In this document: positions 38,968 to 50,010 of the stretch, one piece after another | Numbering within the stretch: position 1 is the first letter of the stretch | How the letters are laid out: each line of letters starts with the position of its first letter | From: an uncultured cyanobacterium | GTDB taxonomy: Bacteria > Cyanobacteriota > Cyanobacteriia > Cyanobacteriales > Nostocaceae | DNA length: 64,000 bases | Direction of reading: 5' to 3' | NCBI GenBank assembly: GCA_963740315.1 | Contig: CAVUDP010000003.1 | Span: 416,001 to 480,000 of the forward strand | Notes under the pieces: generated by a model | The model's database searches: none | The model's input: only the letters and a program-made list of their open reading frames with translations | Told to the model about the DNA's origin: nothing | Made by a program: the position numbers and the translations under genes

Positions 38968-40411
38968 AGATTCAACCAACATAATTACATTTAAAATCAG
39001 TCTAAAGTCTGATATAATCCCTCCTTTAGACGGTTACAGTCATGTAATGCTGTTGATTCCACCCCGGCAACTGAAAAAAAAATTTATTTAAAACAAAAAA
39101 ATTAAACTTTTTATCAAATTTTTGATAGAGTGAAAATTACCAACATAAGTTAACAGCGAACCTATCTTGACAAATCTTTCTATCTCTGGGGTCTACTTTA
39201 GCGTCTTGTATTGTTCCTTTGAAGCGGAACGATATAGAATATCAAGTGTTGTTAGGTTTTGCAAACCGTATAAAACTTAATCATACAGATTCAGGTACAA
39301 GCTAGTTATGCCATGTTTGGCTTTAAGCTCGGCGACTAACTTGTTAAAAGCCAGTTTTTGAGTATTGTTTGTTTAACCAGTTTTCTTGTATCATCTAATT
39401 AAACACTTTGATAGGGACTAAATTTTTTGGTCTGGTTAATCAAGCATTCAAGATAACTTCCGTTAATGTCCAGCTTCAAGGTTGTAGAGGAATGTCCAAG
39501 TCTGCGATAATCAATAAGCCATCAGACCCTTCCTTAAATGTAAATCTAGGTTGTAATCTCAAGCACAAGCCTGGAGACTACCGGAAGGAGCTTTTTGCTA
39601 CGGTAGTATTTCTCCGAAGTAGAAGCAGACGACGATGAGGATTAAAGTTATTGGTGTAAGAAAAAGTTGCCTCTCCCTGCTCGATCGCAAAAAAATTAGC
39701 TAAAATCTTTAACTGCTGTTATTTTTCATCAAGCCAACTCGTAGGGTGAAGCCGGATCTGGAATTATGGCATTCAAAGTAGGTGCAAGCCAAGCTTCTTC
39801 ACTTGAGATAGGTAGAATTTCGCTTCCTAAAGATAGAAATTACTCATATCATATCGAAGAGGGTAGGAGAAATTTTGTCAAATAATAATATTTGTTAAAT
39901 AAGGTGCAAGAATGGTACTGTAATAGAGTGGTCTATTTCTTTGTCAATTTGAGCGGTTAACCAAACTGCTTGACTTGCTGGCTCATAATCCAGTATTAAA
40001 GTCACACAAGCCTTTTTTCCCGTAATCATAGTTAGTTAAACAGAGTCAAACCTTGAGGAACTGTATGTAATTATCCTGCAAGATATTATCAGTCTTGAAA
40101 ATCTGTAGATATTTAAGACAGTTTCTGCTTGGCTTAACGCGCCCGATGGCAGATCGGCGCAAGCTTTTAACAGAAAAAACCTGTGGCGGTTATCTAATAG
40201 CCGGGGAAACCAACCTCTTGTTTATATCAATTGTAGGTAAGCCTCGATGTTTTAAAATCCAATGAACTTTCCTCTGTCTTAACTTCCTCTGCTCGTTGGG
40301 AAGTAAGCGACACTAACGGATTGCGGGTAAAATATCTGCATAATCTACCGCTCCAGGTAGATAAGCGAACGCACATTTACAAGTTTTCATTACCTAAAGG
40401 TCACAACAACC

Positions 40412-41653
40412 ATGAGTATCGTTCAGTCAAAGTTAGAAGCTACTGAATCCGCTTTTCATATAGAAGCTTACGAAAAAATTGAGTATAGTCTCGTCTATGT
40501 TGATGGAATTTTCAATACTGACAATCCAGAATTGGCAGAGTGTTATCAAAAATTTGGACGTTGTTTAGCTGTTGTAGATTCTAATGTCTACAAGCACTAC
40601 ACCAAGAAAATGCAGTCCTACTTCGAGCATTACAATATCGACGTAACTGTTTTTCCCGTAACCATCACCGAGCCGAATAAAACAATCCAAACATTCGAGA
40701 AGATTGTAGATGCATTTGCTGACTTCAAACTAGTTCGTAAAGAGCCTGTTTTAGTAATTGGTGGTGGATTGGTAACGGATGTTGCGGGTTTCGCTTGTTC
40801 GTCTTACCGTCGGAAGAGTAACTATATCCGTATTCCTACTACTTTGATTGGTTTGGTTGACGCTAGCGTTGCTATCAAGGTAGCAGTAAACCATAAAAAG
40901 CTGAAGAATCGTCTGGGTGCTTACCACGCTTCATCTAAAGTATTTCTTGATTTCTCCTTCTTGGGTACTTTACCTACCGATCAAGTACGTAACGGTATGG
41001 CAGAATTGGTCAAAATTGCCGTAGTAGGTCACAAAGAAGTATTTGAATTGCTCGAAGAATACGGTGAAGAACTACTTCGCACTCACTTCGGCAACATTGA
41101 TGCGACAGAAGAAATTAAAGAAGTCGCTCATCAAGTAACTTATAAAGCCATTAAAAAAATGTTGGAGTATGAAGTACCCAACTTACACGAGCTAGACCTA
41201 GACAGAGTTATAGCCTACGGTCACAGTTGGAGTCCGACCTTAGAACTAGCACCTTGCGTACCTATTTTCCACGGTCATGCAGTCAATATAGACATGGCTC
41301 TATCTGCAACTATTGCTTCAATTAGAGGCTATATCAGTGAGTCAGATAGGGACCGTATTTTAGGCACAATGAGCCGTATTGGACTTTCTTTAGACCATCC
41401 TTTATTGGAAGAAGACCTTTTGTGGGAAGCTACCGAATCTATTTCTCTGACAAGAGACGGTAAACAAAGAGCCGCAATGCCTAAACCAATTGGCGAATGC
41501 TTCTTTGCTAACGACCTAACTCCCGAAGAATTAGCTGAAGCTTTGGCAAAACATAAAAAGATTTGCCAAAAATTCCCTCGTAGTGGCGAAGGTGTAGACG
41601 TTTACCCAGTTTATTCCGAATCAGAAGCGGAACTTGTAGGGAGTGAAAACTGA
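40412..41653 (+). CDS. mysA: Sedoheptulose 7-phosphate cyclase (demethyl-4-deoxygadusol synthase)
   Basis: DHQS-like fold: [45 protein letters not shown]; followed by O-MT and ATP-grasp genes. Confidence 0.93.
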   Translation: MSIVQSKLEATESAFHIEAYEKIEYSLVYVDGIFNTDNPELAECYQKFGRCLAVVDSNVYKHYTKKMQSYFEHYNIDVTVFPVTITEPNKTIQTFEKIVDAFADFKLVRKEPVLVIGGGLVTDVAGFACSSYRRKSNYIRIPTTLIGLVDASVAIKVAVNHKKLKNRLGAYHASSKVFLDFSFLGTLPTDQVRNGMAELVKIAVVGHKEVFELLEEYGEELLRTHFGNIDATEEIKEVAHQVTYKAIKKMLEYEVPNLHELDLDRVIAYGHSWSPTLELAPCVPIFHGHAVNIDMALSATIASIRGYISESDRDRILGTMSRIGLSLDHPLLEEDLLWEATESISLTRDGKQRAAMPKPIGECFFANDLTPEELAEALAKHKKICQKFPRSGEGVDVYPVYSESEAELVGSEN

Positions 41654-42486
41654 TGAAAGGCGTTGTTGATAAACCCGTGGCTAAACCTGTTACGCCTTTG
41701 GGAATCTTGGCGCAGGAATTAGAAGCACTCGTGCAAGCATTAGATAAAGAAACATTGCCAGCACAAATTAAAGAAAAGCTTCGATTTGCTTCTCGTTTAG
41801 CATCGGGTTTAGATCCTTACTTGGAAGAATGCACTACCTCTGAATCGGCAGCTTTAACAGCTCTTGCCGAAAAGACGGCATCCGAGCAGTGGAGCAACCG
41901 CTTTAACAAAGGCGAAACCGTCGTCGCCTTAGAACAGGAAATGCTTTCGGGTCATATAGAGGGACAAACATTAAAAATGTTTATCCATATGACAAAAGCC
42001 AAACGAGTACTAGAGATCGGTATGTTTACGGGTTATTCTGCCCTAGCAATGGCAGAAGCATTACCTACAGACGGAAAACTGATTGCTTGTGAAGTTGACC
42101 CTTATACAGCAGAGTTTGGTAAAGCAGCTTTTCGCGAATCTCCCCACGGTGACAAAATCCAAGTTGAAATTGGTCCAGCCCAAGAGACTTTGGATAAACT
42201 GGCTGCCGCAGGAGAGTCATTTGACTTCGTGTTTATTGATGCAGACAAAGCAGGGTACGTTGATTATTTCAACACCCTGTTAGACAAAAATTTGTTAACC
42301 CCATCCGGGTTTATCTGCGTTGATAATACTTTGCTTCAAGGACAGCCTTATCTTAGTGAAGCAGAGCGTACCGCTAACGGACAGGCGATCGCCGAATTTA
42401 ACCGCACCGTCGCCGCAGATAAACGTGTCGAACAGGTGCTACTCCCGGTACGAGACGGCTTAAGTATCATCCGCAAGTTAGATTAA
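41653..42486 (+). CDS. mysB: MAA pathway O-methyltransferase
   Basis: PVTPLGIL, EMLSGHIEG, LEIGMFTGYS, FIDADK; TGATG overlap with mysA. Confidence 0.93.
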   Translation: MKGVVDKPVAKPVTPLGILAQELEALVQALDKETLPAQIKEKLRFASRLASGLDPYLEECTTSESAALTALAEKTASEQWSNRFNKGETVVALEQEMLSGHIEGQTLKMFIHMTKAKRVLEIGMFTGYSALAMAEALPTDGKLIACEVDPYTAEFGKAAFRESPHGDKIQVEIGPAQETLDKLAAAGESFDFVFIDADKAGYVDYFNTLLDKNLLTPSGFICVDNTLLQGQPYLSEAERTANGQAIAEFNRTVAADKRVEQVLLPVRDGLSIIRKLD

Positions 42487-42762
42487 GATTAAAACAGGAT
42501 GAACTTTTAACAGTAAGTAGTGAGTAATGGTGAGTAGTGAATATATAGTAATCATTGACTTTGCTTATCAGCATCGGTCGAATATTAATTACTATTATTA
42601 AAATTCCAAAGGTGGAATTGCAATATCTCCATCTGACACTCACCATTCATTACTTGCGATCGCAAAAAACCTCACCTTTTCTAAGCAATGTGATAGAAAA
42701 GGCATTTAAAGGCATTTAAAGGCATTTTTATCATCCTCGATCTTTCATTCACAGTTCGGACT

Positions 42763-44175
42763 TTGACTATGGCACAATCTATTACTGTTTCTTCCTCTCA
42801 ACCTGCAACGCCTCAAATTTCAACAGGTATGCGTTTTGCAGCACTAGTTCAAAACTTAGCAACTCTAACTTTACTTTTGTTAGCGCTACCAATTAACGCC
42901 ACCATCGTTCTTGTATCGTTATTGCTGAACATACTGAGTGTTCCGTTTCATAAGAAACAGACTAAAGTAGCAGCCACACAAAAGAAAAATATTCTGATTA
43001 GTGGTGGAAAAATGACCAAAGCATTACAGCTTGCTCGTTTTTTTCACGCCGCAGGACATAAAGTAGTGCTAACGGAAACTCATAAATATTGGCTAACAGG
43101 TCATCGCTTTTCTCAGGCTGTAGATAAATTTTATACAACACCCGTTCCCCAAAAAGATTCACAACTTTATAACCAAGCCTTAATAGACATTGTTAACAAA
43201 GAAAACATTGATATTTATATTCCGGTAACAAGTCCAATTGCGAGCTACTATGATGCTTTAGCGAAACCAGCCTTATCTCCACACTGCGAAGTATTTCATA
43301 TAGATGCTGCTACCTGTGAAATGCTCGATGATAAATTTGCTTTTAGCGAGAAAGCGCAAAGTTTTGGTTTATCGGTTCCTAAGTCTTTTAAAATAACTTC
43401 TGCCGAACAAGTTTTAAATTTTGATTTTGGGCGAGAAACTCGTAAATATATTCTTAAAAGTATTCCTTACGATTCAGTCAGACGTTTGGATTTAACCAAA
43501 CTTCCTTGCGATACCCCACAAGAAACAGAAGCTTTTGTGCGAAGTTTACCAATTAGTTCTCAAAAGCCTTGGATAATGCAAGAATTTATTCCTGGCAAAG
43601 AATATTGTACTCATAGTACCATTCGGGATGGCGTGGTGAGACTGCATTGTTGTTGTGAGTCTTCAGCTTTTCAAGTCAACTACGAAAACGTAGAACATTC
43701 AAAAATTCGTGAATGGGTAACGCACTTTGTTAAAGAATTGGGAGTTACCGGGCAACTTTCTTTTGATTTCATCGAAGCCGAAGATGGTAACGTATATGCC
43801 ATTGAATGCAATCCCCGCACTCATTCTGCAATCACCATATTTCACGATCAATTGCAACAAGCAGCCGATGCTTACTTAAGTAAAGAGCCTATAGCAGAAC
43901 CTTTACAAGCATTACCTAATAGCAAACCTACTTATTGGACTTATCATGAAGTTTGGCGGCTGAATGAAATTCGTTCTTTTTCTCAATTAGGGAATTGGAT
44001 TAAGAATATGTTGCGAGGTACGGACGCGATTTACACATTTAACGATTCCTTACCATTTTTAATGGTGCATCATTGGCAAATTGCTTTGCTATTGCTAAAA
44101 AACTTATCCAAGTTAAAAGGCTGGACAAGAATAGATTTCAATATCGGTAAACTTGTGGAATTAGGTGGAGATTAA
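42763..44175 (+). CDS. mysC: ATP-grasp ligase (mycosporine-glycine synthase)
   Basis: GGKMTKALQLAR, LKSIPYDS, IECNPR, IDFNIGKLVE; position in mys cluster. Confidence 0.93.
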   Translation: MTMAQSITVSSSQPATPQISTGMRFAALVQNLATLTLLLLALPINATIVLVSLLLNILSVPFHKKQTKVAATQKKNILISGGKMTKALQLARFFHAAGHKVVLTETHKYWLTGHRFSQAVDKFYTTPVPQKDSQLYNQALIDIVNKENIDIYIPVTSPIASYYDALAKPALSPHCEVFHIDAATCEMLDDKFAFSEKAQSFGLSVPKSFKITSAEQVLNFDFGRETRKYILKSIPYDSVRRLDLTKLPCDTPQETEAFVRSLPISSQKPWIMQEFIPGKEYCTHSTIRDGVVRLHCCCESSAFQVNYENVEHSKIREWVTHFVKELGVTGQLSFDFIEAEDGNVYAIECNPRTHSAITIFHDQLQQAADAYLSKEPIAEPLQALPNSKPTYWTYHEVWRLNEIRSFSQLGNWIKNMLRGTDAIYTFNDSLPFLMVHHWQIALLLLKNLSKLKGWTRIDFNIGKLVELGGD

Positions 44176-44229
44176 TTATTTTTCAATTGTCTTTATTTGA
44201 GTACGCAGATAGATTTATCTTCTTGATTC

Positions 44230-44739
44230 GCAGTTAAATTTAATTTATATTAAGTTCGTAGTCAGGACTTTAGTCCTTTTAGGAGAGCGATAAATCGCTT
44301 ACTACGAACAAATAAATTTATCCTAGATATTGATTTGCAGTTAAATTTAACTTATATTAAGTTCGTAGTCAGGACTTTAGTCCTTTTAGGAGAGCGATAA
44401 ATCGCTTACTACGAACAAATAAATTTATCCTAGATATTGATTTGCAGTTAAATTTAACTTATATTAAGTTCGTAGTCAGGACTTTAGTCCTTTTAGGAGA
44501 GCGATAAATCGCTTACTACGAACAAATAAATTTATCCTAGATATTGATTTGCAGTTAAATTTAACTTATATTAAGTTCGTAGTCAGGACTTTAGTCCTTT
44601 TAGGAGAGCGATAAATCGCTTACTACGAACAAATAAATTTATCCTAGATATTGATTTGCAGTTAAATTTAACTTATATTAAGTTCGTAGTCAGAACTTTA
44701 GTCCTTCCAGGAGAGCGATAAATCGCTTACTACGAACAA
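44230..44739. repeat. Tandem array, 107 bp x ~4.75, each unit holding a REP-like double hairpin
   Basis: Units start at 44230, 44337, 44444, 44551, 44658; GTTCGTAGT...ACTACGAAC encloses AGGACTTTAGTCCT and AGCGATAAATCGCT. Confidence 0.95.
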
Positions 44740-44759
44740 AAATTTTATTAGCATTTTGA

Positions 44760-44935
44760 TTTAGAAGCGTAACGGTAGTGTGGAATACCCTATGGGCTTC
44801 AGTTATTGGCGCGGGATATTTAAGAGAATTAGGATCGCGTTTGCTGATCAAAAAACGTGATGCTTCAATACGATCGCGGTTTTTGATAACATAAGCTCTT
44901 AATTCGGCAAAACTCATTTTTTCTTAATTTGCCAT
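44760..44935 (-). pseudogene. Degenerate small gene, DUF6887-like
   Basis: MSFAELRAYVIKNRD pattern; upstream in-frame ATG GCA AAT TAA GAA AAA ATG; 3' end runs into the repeat array. Confidence 0.5.
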
Positions 44936-45018
44936 TTTTAGAAAAAATTAAACTTAGTACCTTTGTGGTTAAAACTTTTTAATTTAACCACAAAGCTTAT
45001 CTTCAGCCTATATAACTC

Positions 45019-46608
45019 TTACAAAGGACGGTATGCTCGATAATTGATGTTGGGAAAAATATTATCCATATATTCAACTTTCTCCAACCATCCACTGTCA
45101 ATTTTGCCGATATTAATATCTTCGTAAAGCTTATTAAATCGCATCAAGTGAGAACGAGTTCTTCTTATAGCATAAGGAACCATCGTTCCCGTTCGCATGA
45201 TAAACGCCCAATCGGAAGATTGTGCCAAAAGTAACTCTCGTGCAGCTTGATTTAAAGCTTTCCATTCTAATTCATCTTCTGCTTCCCGCTTGGATATTTC
45301 AATCATCCGCTCGGCAGCTTTATGCAAATGTGGGTAAATCCACGTATTAGTTTCATTTAACCAATACTCGTGAAAACCCTTGTGTCCCCAACTTGATTGA
45401 GAAGGACGACAAACTTGTTGAACCGGATTAGTTTTCAAATAATCCGATAAATGAGTCATTTCGTAGGTTTTCTGGTCAAACCAAGACTTGCGGTAGAGAT
45501 AGTCAATAAACCAAGGACCTTCATACCACCAATGTCCGAACAACTCCGCATCGTAGGGAGAAACCACAATCGGAGGACGATGCATCATATCATGAAGATG
45601 TTCAACTTGACGCTCCCGGTTAAACGCAAAGTTAGCAGCGTGTTCCGCCGTTTTTTCTCGTGCCCAGTAAGGATCGTAAAGCTGCTTATCTCCAAGTCCT
45701 AAACCACGACCAGTAATTTTGTGATATTTAATGCCCGTATTTTTTCGCTGACCGTTAGGCATAATGAAAGGCTTGATATACTCGTATTCAGCCTCCCAAC
45801 CCAAATCTTTGTAAAATTCCCGATATTCCGCAGCACCGGGATAACCTACTTCAGAAGACCATACTTGTTGAGAACATTCATGATCGCGTCCAAAGGCTGC
45901 AACACCACTTTCTGTAAAAATAGGCGCATAAGTACCAAACTGGGGACGAGGACGAGCATATAAAATACCATGTCCGTCGGTAAGAAAATAACGCAATCCA
46001 GCATCGGCTACCATGCGCTCTAAACCTTCAAAGTAAGCGCATTCTGGCAACCAAATACCCTTGGGTGAGCGACCAAAATTTTCCTCGTAATGCTCTACCG
46101 CTACCTGAAGTTGCGCCCAAACCGCTTGGGGATACATTTTCATCAACGGTAAGTAACCGTGAGTCGCGCCGCAGGTGATGATATCAATATTGTTAGAATC
46201 CTGGAATTGCTTGAAAGCAGTTACCAAGTCACCTTTATATCGTTCCCAAATTTCTCTAGTAGCTTTAAACTCGCTATCGTAATGCTGGGCTAAATATTTA
46301 AGATGACCGTTTTCAGCATTATGTTCGATTTCTAACTCTATAAGTTTTTGTAACTTCGCCAAGTGTTCGTCATAACGTTCTTGGAGTAACTTATCCCGCA
46401 GCATCGAAACCAAAGGCGGTGTCATGCTCATGGTGATTTTAAAATCAACACCGTCTTGTTTCAAACCTTCAAAGACACGTAACAAAGGAATGTAAGTTTC
46501 CGTGATTGCTTCATAAAGCCATTCTTCCTCCAGCACATAGTCACTTTCCGGGTGACGAACGAAGGGCAAATGTGCGTGAAGTACAAGCGCAACGTAGCCA
46601 ATAGCCAT
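45019..46608 (-). CDS. Glycoside hydrolase family 57 (branching enzyme type, DUF1957)
   Basis: LHAHLPFV, ATHGYLP, GIWLPEC, YDAELFGHWW, LLAQSSDW. Confidence 0.95.
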   Translation of the reverse strand: MAIGYVALVLHAHLPFVRHPESDYVLEEEWLYEAITETYIPLLRVFEGLKQDGVDFKITMSMTPPLVSMLRDKLLQERYDEHLAKLQKLIELEIEHNAENGHLKYLAQHYDSEFKATREIWERYKGDLVTAFKQFQDSNNIDIITCGATHGYLPLMKMYPQAVWAQLQVAVEHYEENFGRSPKGIWLPECAYFEGLERMVADAGLRYFLTDGHGILYARPRPQFGTYAPIFTESGVAAFGRDHECSQQVWSSEVGYPGAAEYREFYKDLGWEAEYEYIKPFIMPNGQRKNTGIKYHKITGRGLGLGDKQLYDPYWAREKTAEHAANFAFNRERQVEHLHDMMHRPPIVVSPYDAELFGHWWYEGPWFIDYLYRKSWFDQKTYEMTHLSDYLKTNPVQQVCRPSQSSWGHKGFHEYWLNETNTWIYPHLHKAAERMIEISKREAEDELEWKALNQAARELLLAQSSDWAFIMRTGTMVPYAIRRTRSHLMRFNKLYEDINIGKIDSGWLEKVEYMDNIFPNINYRAYRPL

Positions 46609-46975
46609 AATATTAATTCCGAGCAGGTATTTATATATTGATAGTGGTGATTGGGCAGAAAGATCGCTTCGGCAGACAAAAAGTTTTAATCCGACACCTT
46701 TACAGGGTGGGGAACCAATAAAACTTTGCCCGCGAGCGTTCTTGCTAGCAGAAGAAATACTTCAGTTTAGTCAGAAGTTAACAATATTTTAAGACTTTAT
46801 GGTTATTCAATAGCTATAGTTGCTAATTTATTTATAGGTCTGCATGTCAAAGGTCTGCATGTCGAAGGTCAAAGGTTAGGAATTAGGAGTTAAGAGTTTA
46901 AATTTCACCTTGTCCTCTTGTCCCCCCCTCCCCTTGTCTCCTTGTCCCCTTGTCCCCTTGTCAATGCCCAATCCC

Positions 46976-48115
46976 TTATTCTTCACTTTCTTTGTACAAT
47001 TCCTGTAACGTCTGCTGCTGCTTTTTTCGAGAAACGCGGCGATATTTTTTACTTTCTAACCTTGGCTCATATTGCGTTCGTCCTTTTCCTTTAGTTTTTA
47101 ACTTCAGATTGGAATCTGGATCGGCTTGCTCTTTAAACCAAGTTTGACGTTCAATTGCTTCTTCTAAAAATTCTAAATATTCTTCGTAACGTTCCCAATC
47201 TCCGCGCACTACGCAATCGGGTTCATCTCGATGCAAGCAGTTATTAAACTTACAGCTACCACTTTTTAACCTAAGTCTCGCTTCTGGAAAATAATTTACT
47301 AATTCCGACGGCGTACAATCTAGGTCAGGTTGATTGAAACCGGGCGTATCAGCTAGTAAACCACCTCCGGGAATTTCAAATAATTCTACATGGCGAGTGG
47401 TATGCCTTCCGCGAGCTAACTTACCGGAAACGGATGCTACCCGTAGGTTTGTACCTGGAATTAAAGTATTGATTAAACTGGATTTTCCCACACCGGAAGC
47501 TCCAGCAATTACAGTAATTTTACTTTTAAGAATATTGAATACAACGTCTATATTTATACCTTTATAAACGCTCATAAATGTAGGTTGATAACCCCAACTA
47601 TTAAGACGTTCCTTAATTTCTGCCTGCTCTTGAGAACTAATTAAATCGCTTTTATTCAAGCACAAAACTACATCTAAACCCGTTGATTCACCTTTTACTA
47701 AAAAGCGGCTGAGTTGATAAGGTTCCAATGGTGGATCTGTAACAGCAAACACTAATAATATTTGATTGACATTAGCGATCGCCGGACGGTCAATTTCACT
47801 TTTTCGGGGTAAGACATCGGCGATCGCGCCCCTACCATCAACCCAATCGGGTTCTTCTACCACGACGCGATCGCCAACCATTACCTGTTGACCAATTTTT
47901 TTTAAACGGGTTCTGCGCGTACACAAAAGGAGTGGGGAATTAAAAGAAGCAGAGGATGTTCTTATCCCCTTATCTCCTTGTTCCCTTGTCTCCCCCTCTC
48001 CCCATCCCCCTATCTCCTTGTCCTCTTCATCGATCTGCACTCGGTAAAAATTAGCCTGCACGGCAAGCACCGTACCTAATAATTCAGAATTAGTTGATGA
48101 TGCTTCAAAACTCAT
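46976..48115 (-). CDS. rsgA: Small ribosomal subunit biogenesis GTPase RsgA
   Basis: NKSD, GASGVGKS, GRHTT, DTPG, CKFNNCLH..EP.C zinc site. Confidence 0.95.
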   Translation of the reverse strand: MSFEASSTNSELLGTVLAVQANFYRVQIDEEDKEIGGWGEGETREQGDKGIRTSSASFNSPLLLCTRRTRLKKIGQQVMVGDRVVVEEPDWVDGRGAIADVLPRKSEIDRPAIANVNQILLVFAVTDPPLEPYQLSRFLVKGESTGLDVVLCLNKSDLISSQEQAEIKERLNSWGYQPTFMSVYKGINIDVVFNILKSKITVIAGASGVGKSSLINTLIPGTNLRVASVSGKLARGRHTTRHVELFEIPGGGLLADTPGFNQPDLDCTPSELVNYFPEARLRLKSGSCKFNNCLHRDEPDCVVRGDWERYEEYLEFLEEAIERQTWFKEQADPDSNLKLKTKGKGRTQYEPRLESKKYRRVSRKKQQQTLQELYKESEE

Positions 48116-48369
48116 GAGTTATTAACTGGACATCGTACTAATAATGAAAAATAGCCAGAACAGTCGGTAATTTGTTCAATTTGATAACCTGCCATTGTCA
48201 AACTGTCGGGAACTTGCTCGATTGGCTCTCCTGCATCTAACCAAACTTCTAATAGCTCTCCCGCTAGCATTTGCTGCAAACGAAGCTTTGTTCGCACAAA
48301 ATTAATCGGGCAAGGAGTTCCCCGTAAATCAAGTTGAGCATCGGGAGTTGAAACTGAAGATACACTCAT
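48112..48369 (-). CDS. Sulfurtransferase TusA/SirA family protein
   Basis: LDLRGTPCP motif. Confidence 0.9.
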   Translation of the reverse strand: MSVSSVSTPDAQLDLRGTPCPINFVRTKLRLQQMLAGELLEVWLDAGEPIEQVPDSLTMAGYQIEQITDCSGYFSLLVRCPVNNS

Positions 48370-48371
48370 TT

Positions 48372-49496
48372 TTAATTAAATAATTTTCCCAGGAATCCTT
48401 CCAAACCGCCTTTTCCCGTGCGATCGCCCTTGATTTTAGCTAGCTTTTCGAGCAATTCTCTTTCGTCGGGTGTCACTTTCGTTGGAATATCAATCAAAAT
48501 CGTAATCATGTGGTCGCCCCTACTTACGGGATTGCCCAAACGAGGAACGCCGCGATTTTCTAATTTCATGACTGTATTCGGCTGAGTTCCCGGCGGAATA
48601 ATCATTTCTACCGGACCATCCACGGTACTAACTTCTAAACGGCAACCTAAAATTGCTTGCAGATAGCTAACTTTTAGGTCTGAAAGTACATTAATACCAT
48701 CGCGCTGGAATTCTTCATCTTCGTTTACAAACAGGTAAACGTATAAATCTCCGGGCGCACCACCCCGCATCCCGGCATCTCCTTCATTGGAAATACGCAA
48801 GCGCGTACCGTTGTCAACCCCCGCTGGAATGGTAATTTTAAGTTTTTTGGTAACTTGATTTGCACCTTTACCTTCACAAGCATCGCATTTATCTTCAACT
48901 ACCATCCCCTGTCCGTTACAGGTGGGACAAGTCGATACTTGGGTAAAGCTACCAAAGGGTGTTCGAGTGACGCGGCGAACTTGACCGGAACCACTACAGG
49001 TCGAACAAGTCCTCGGACGAGTACCGGGTTTTGCACCCGAACCGCTACAAATGTCGCAGGTTTCTAGGTGTGAAATCCGAATTTCTTTTTCACCCCCGAA
49101 TACCGCTTCCCGAAAATCTAGCTTTAAGTCTAAACGCAGGTCATCACCTCGAACTGGTCCGCTGCGTCGTCTTTGGGACCCTGCTGCACCTCCAGCAAAG
49201 CCGCTAAAGATGCTTTCAAATATATCGGCAAAGCCGCCCATATCGCCGAAGTCTTGGAAGCCAGCAGCACCAGCACCCGATACTCCTTGTTCTCCAAAAC
49301 GGTCGTAACGAGCGCGGGTTTCTGGTTCGGAAAGCACTTCATAAGCGCGGTTGATTTCCTTAAACCGCTCTTCGGCTCCCGGCTCTTTGTTCACGTCTGG
49401 GTGATACTTCCGGGCAAGGCGGCGGTAAGCACTTTTCATTTCTTCTTTGTCGGTGTCACGAGAGACACCCAGAATTTCATAATAGTCGCGAGCCAT
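48372..49496 (-). CDS. dnaJ: Chaperone DnaJ
   Basis: J domain with HPD, G/F region, four CxxCxGxG repeats. Confidence 0.98.
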   Translation of the reverse strand: MARDYYEILGVSRDTDKEEMKSAYRRLARKYHPDVNKEPGAEERFKEINRAYEVLSEPETRARYDRFGEQGVSGAGAAGFQDFGDMGGFADIFESIFSGFAGGAAGSQRRRSGPVRGDDLRLDLKLDFREAVFGGEKEIRISHLETCDICSGSGAKPGTRPRTCSTCSGSGQVRRVTRTPFGSFTQVSTCPTCNGQGMVVEDKCDACEGKGANQVTKKLKITIPAGVDNGTRLRISNEGDAGMRGGAPGDLYVYLFVNEDEEFQRDGINVLSDLKVSYLQAILGCRLEVSTVDGPVEMIIPPGTQPNTVMKLENRGVPRLGNPVSRGDHMITILIDIPTKVTPDERELLEKLAKIKGDRTGKGGLEGFLGKLFN

Positions 49497-49917
49497 ATAG
49501 CAAAGGTAAAAGTTAAAATGTTGGAAGCGTCGATGCAGTTACGGGTCAGGTTGAAGCCAAAAGTTAAGTTTTATTAATAAACGATTTTACCCTTTCTTCT
49601 TGATAAAAATCACCATAAAAGATTAACAAACCGCAGCTGTTGCTTGAGTAAGAACGAAATTTATTAATTAGCTGAAACTTCGACTCTCTTACAATTGTGC
49701 TACGTGGATGTACAATAAGCAGACCTAAACCAGAAGGGCTAGCCGCACCTATAAGTGTGGAAAACCCGCCATCTGGTTATTGATGGCATTTCAATGATTG
49801 TAATACGACATTCACCAATGCCGAAATTCGCTTCTACAATTTAACAAATCATTAAAGTATAAATCTACCTTTGATGGTAGCGAAAAATTCGTAAAACTAA
49901 ATTTTGACACACAATTC

Positions 49918-49950
49918 AAAACCTCTCCCACCAAGGTAGAAGAGGTTTTA
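49918..49950 (-). terminator. Putative terminator hairpin after dnaK
   Basis: AAACCTCT...AGAGGTTT inverted repeat about 60 nt past the dnaK stop. Confidence 0.5.
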
Positions 49951-50010
49951 ATTTAAAGATTTTAACTTTGATGCACTCAAGGTCACGCTGTATATATAAT
50001 CACCAATGAT

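Noticed and set aside
39408..39638. 76-aa ORF in the mysA leader
   Set aside because: TTG start, no recognisable motif, overlaps predicted RNA stems.
44230..44739. CRISPR array
   Set aside because: The sequence between palindromes is the same in every unit, so this is a tandem repeat.
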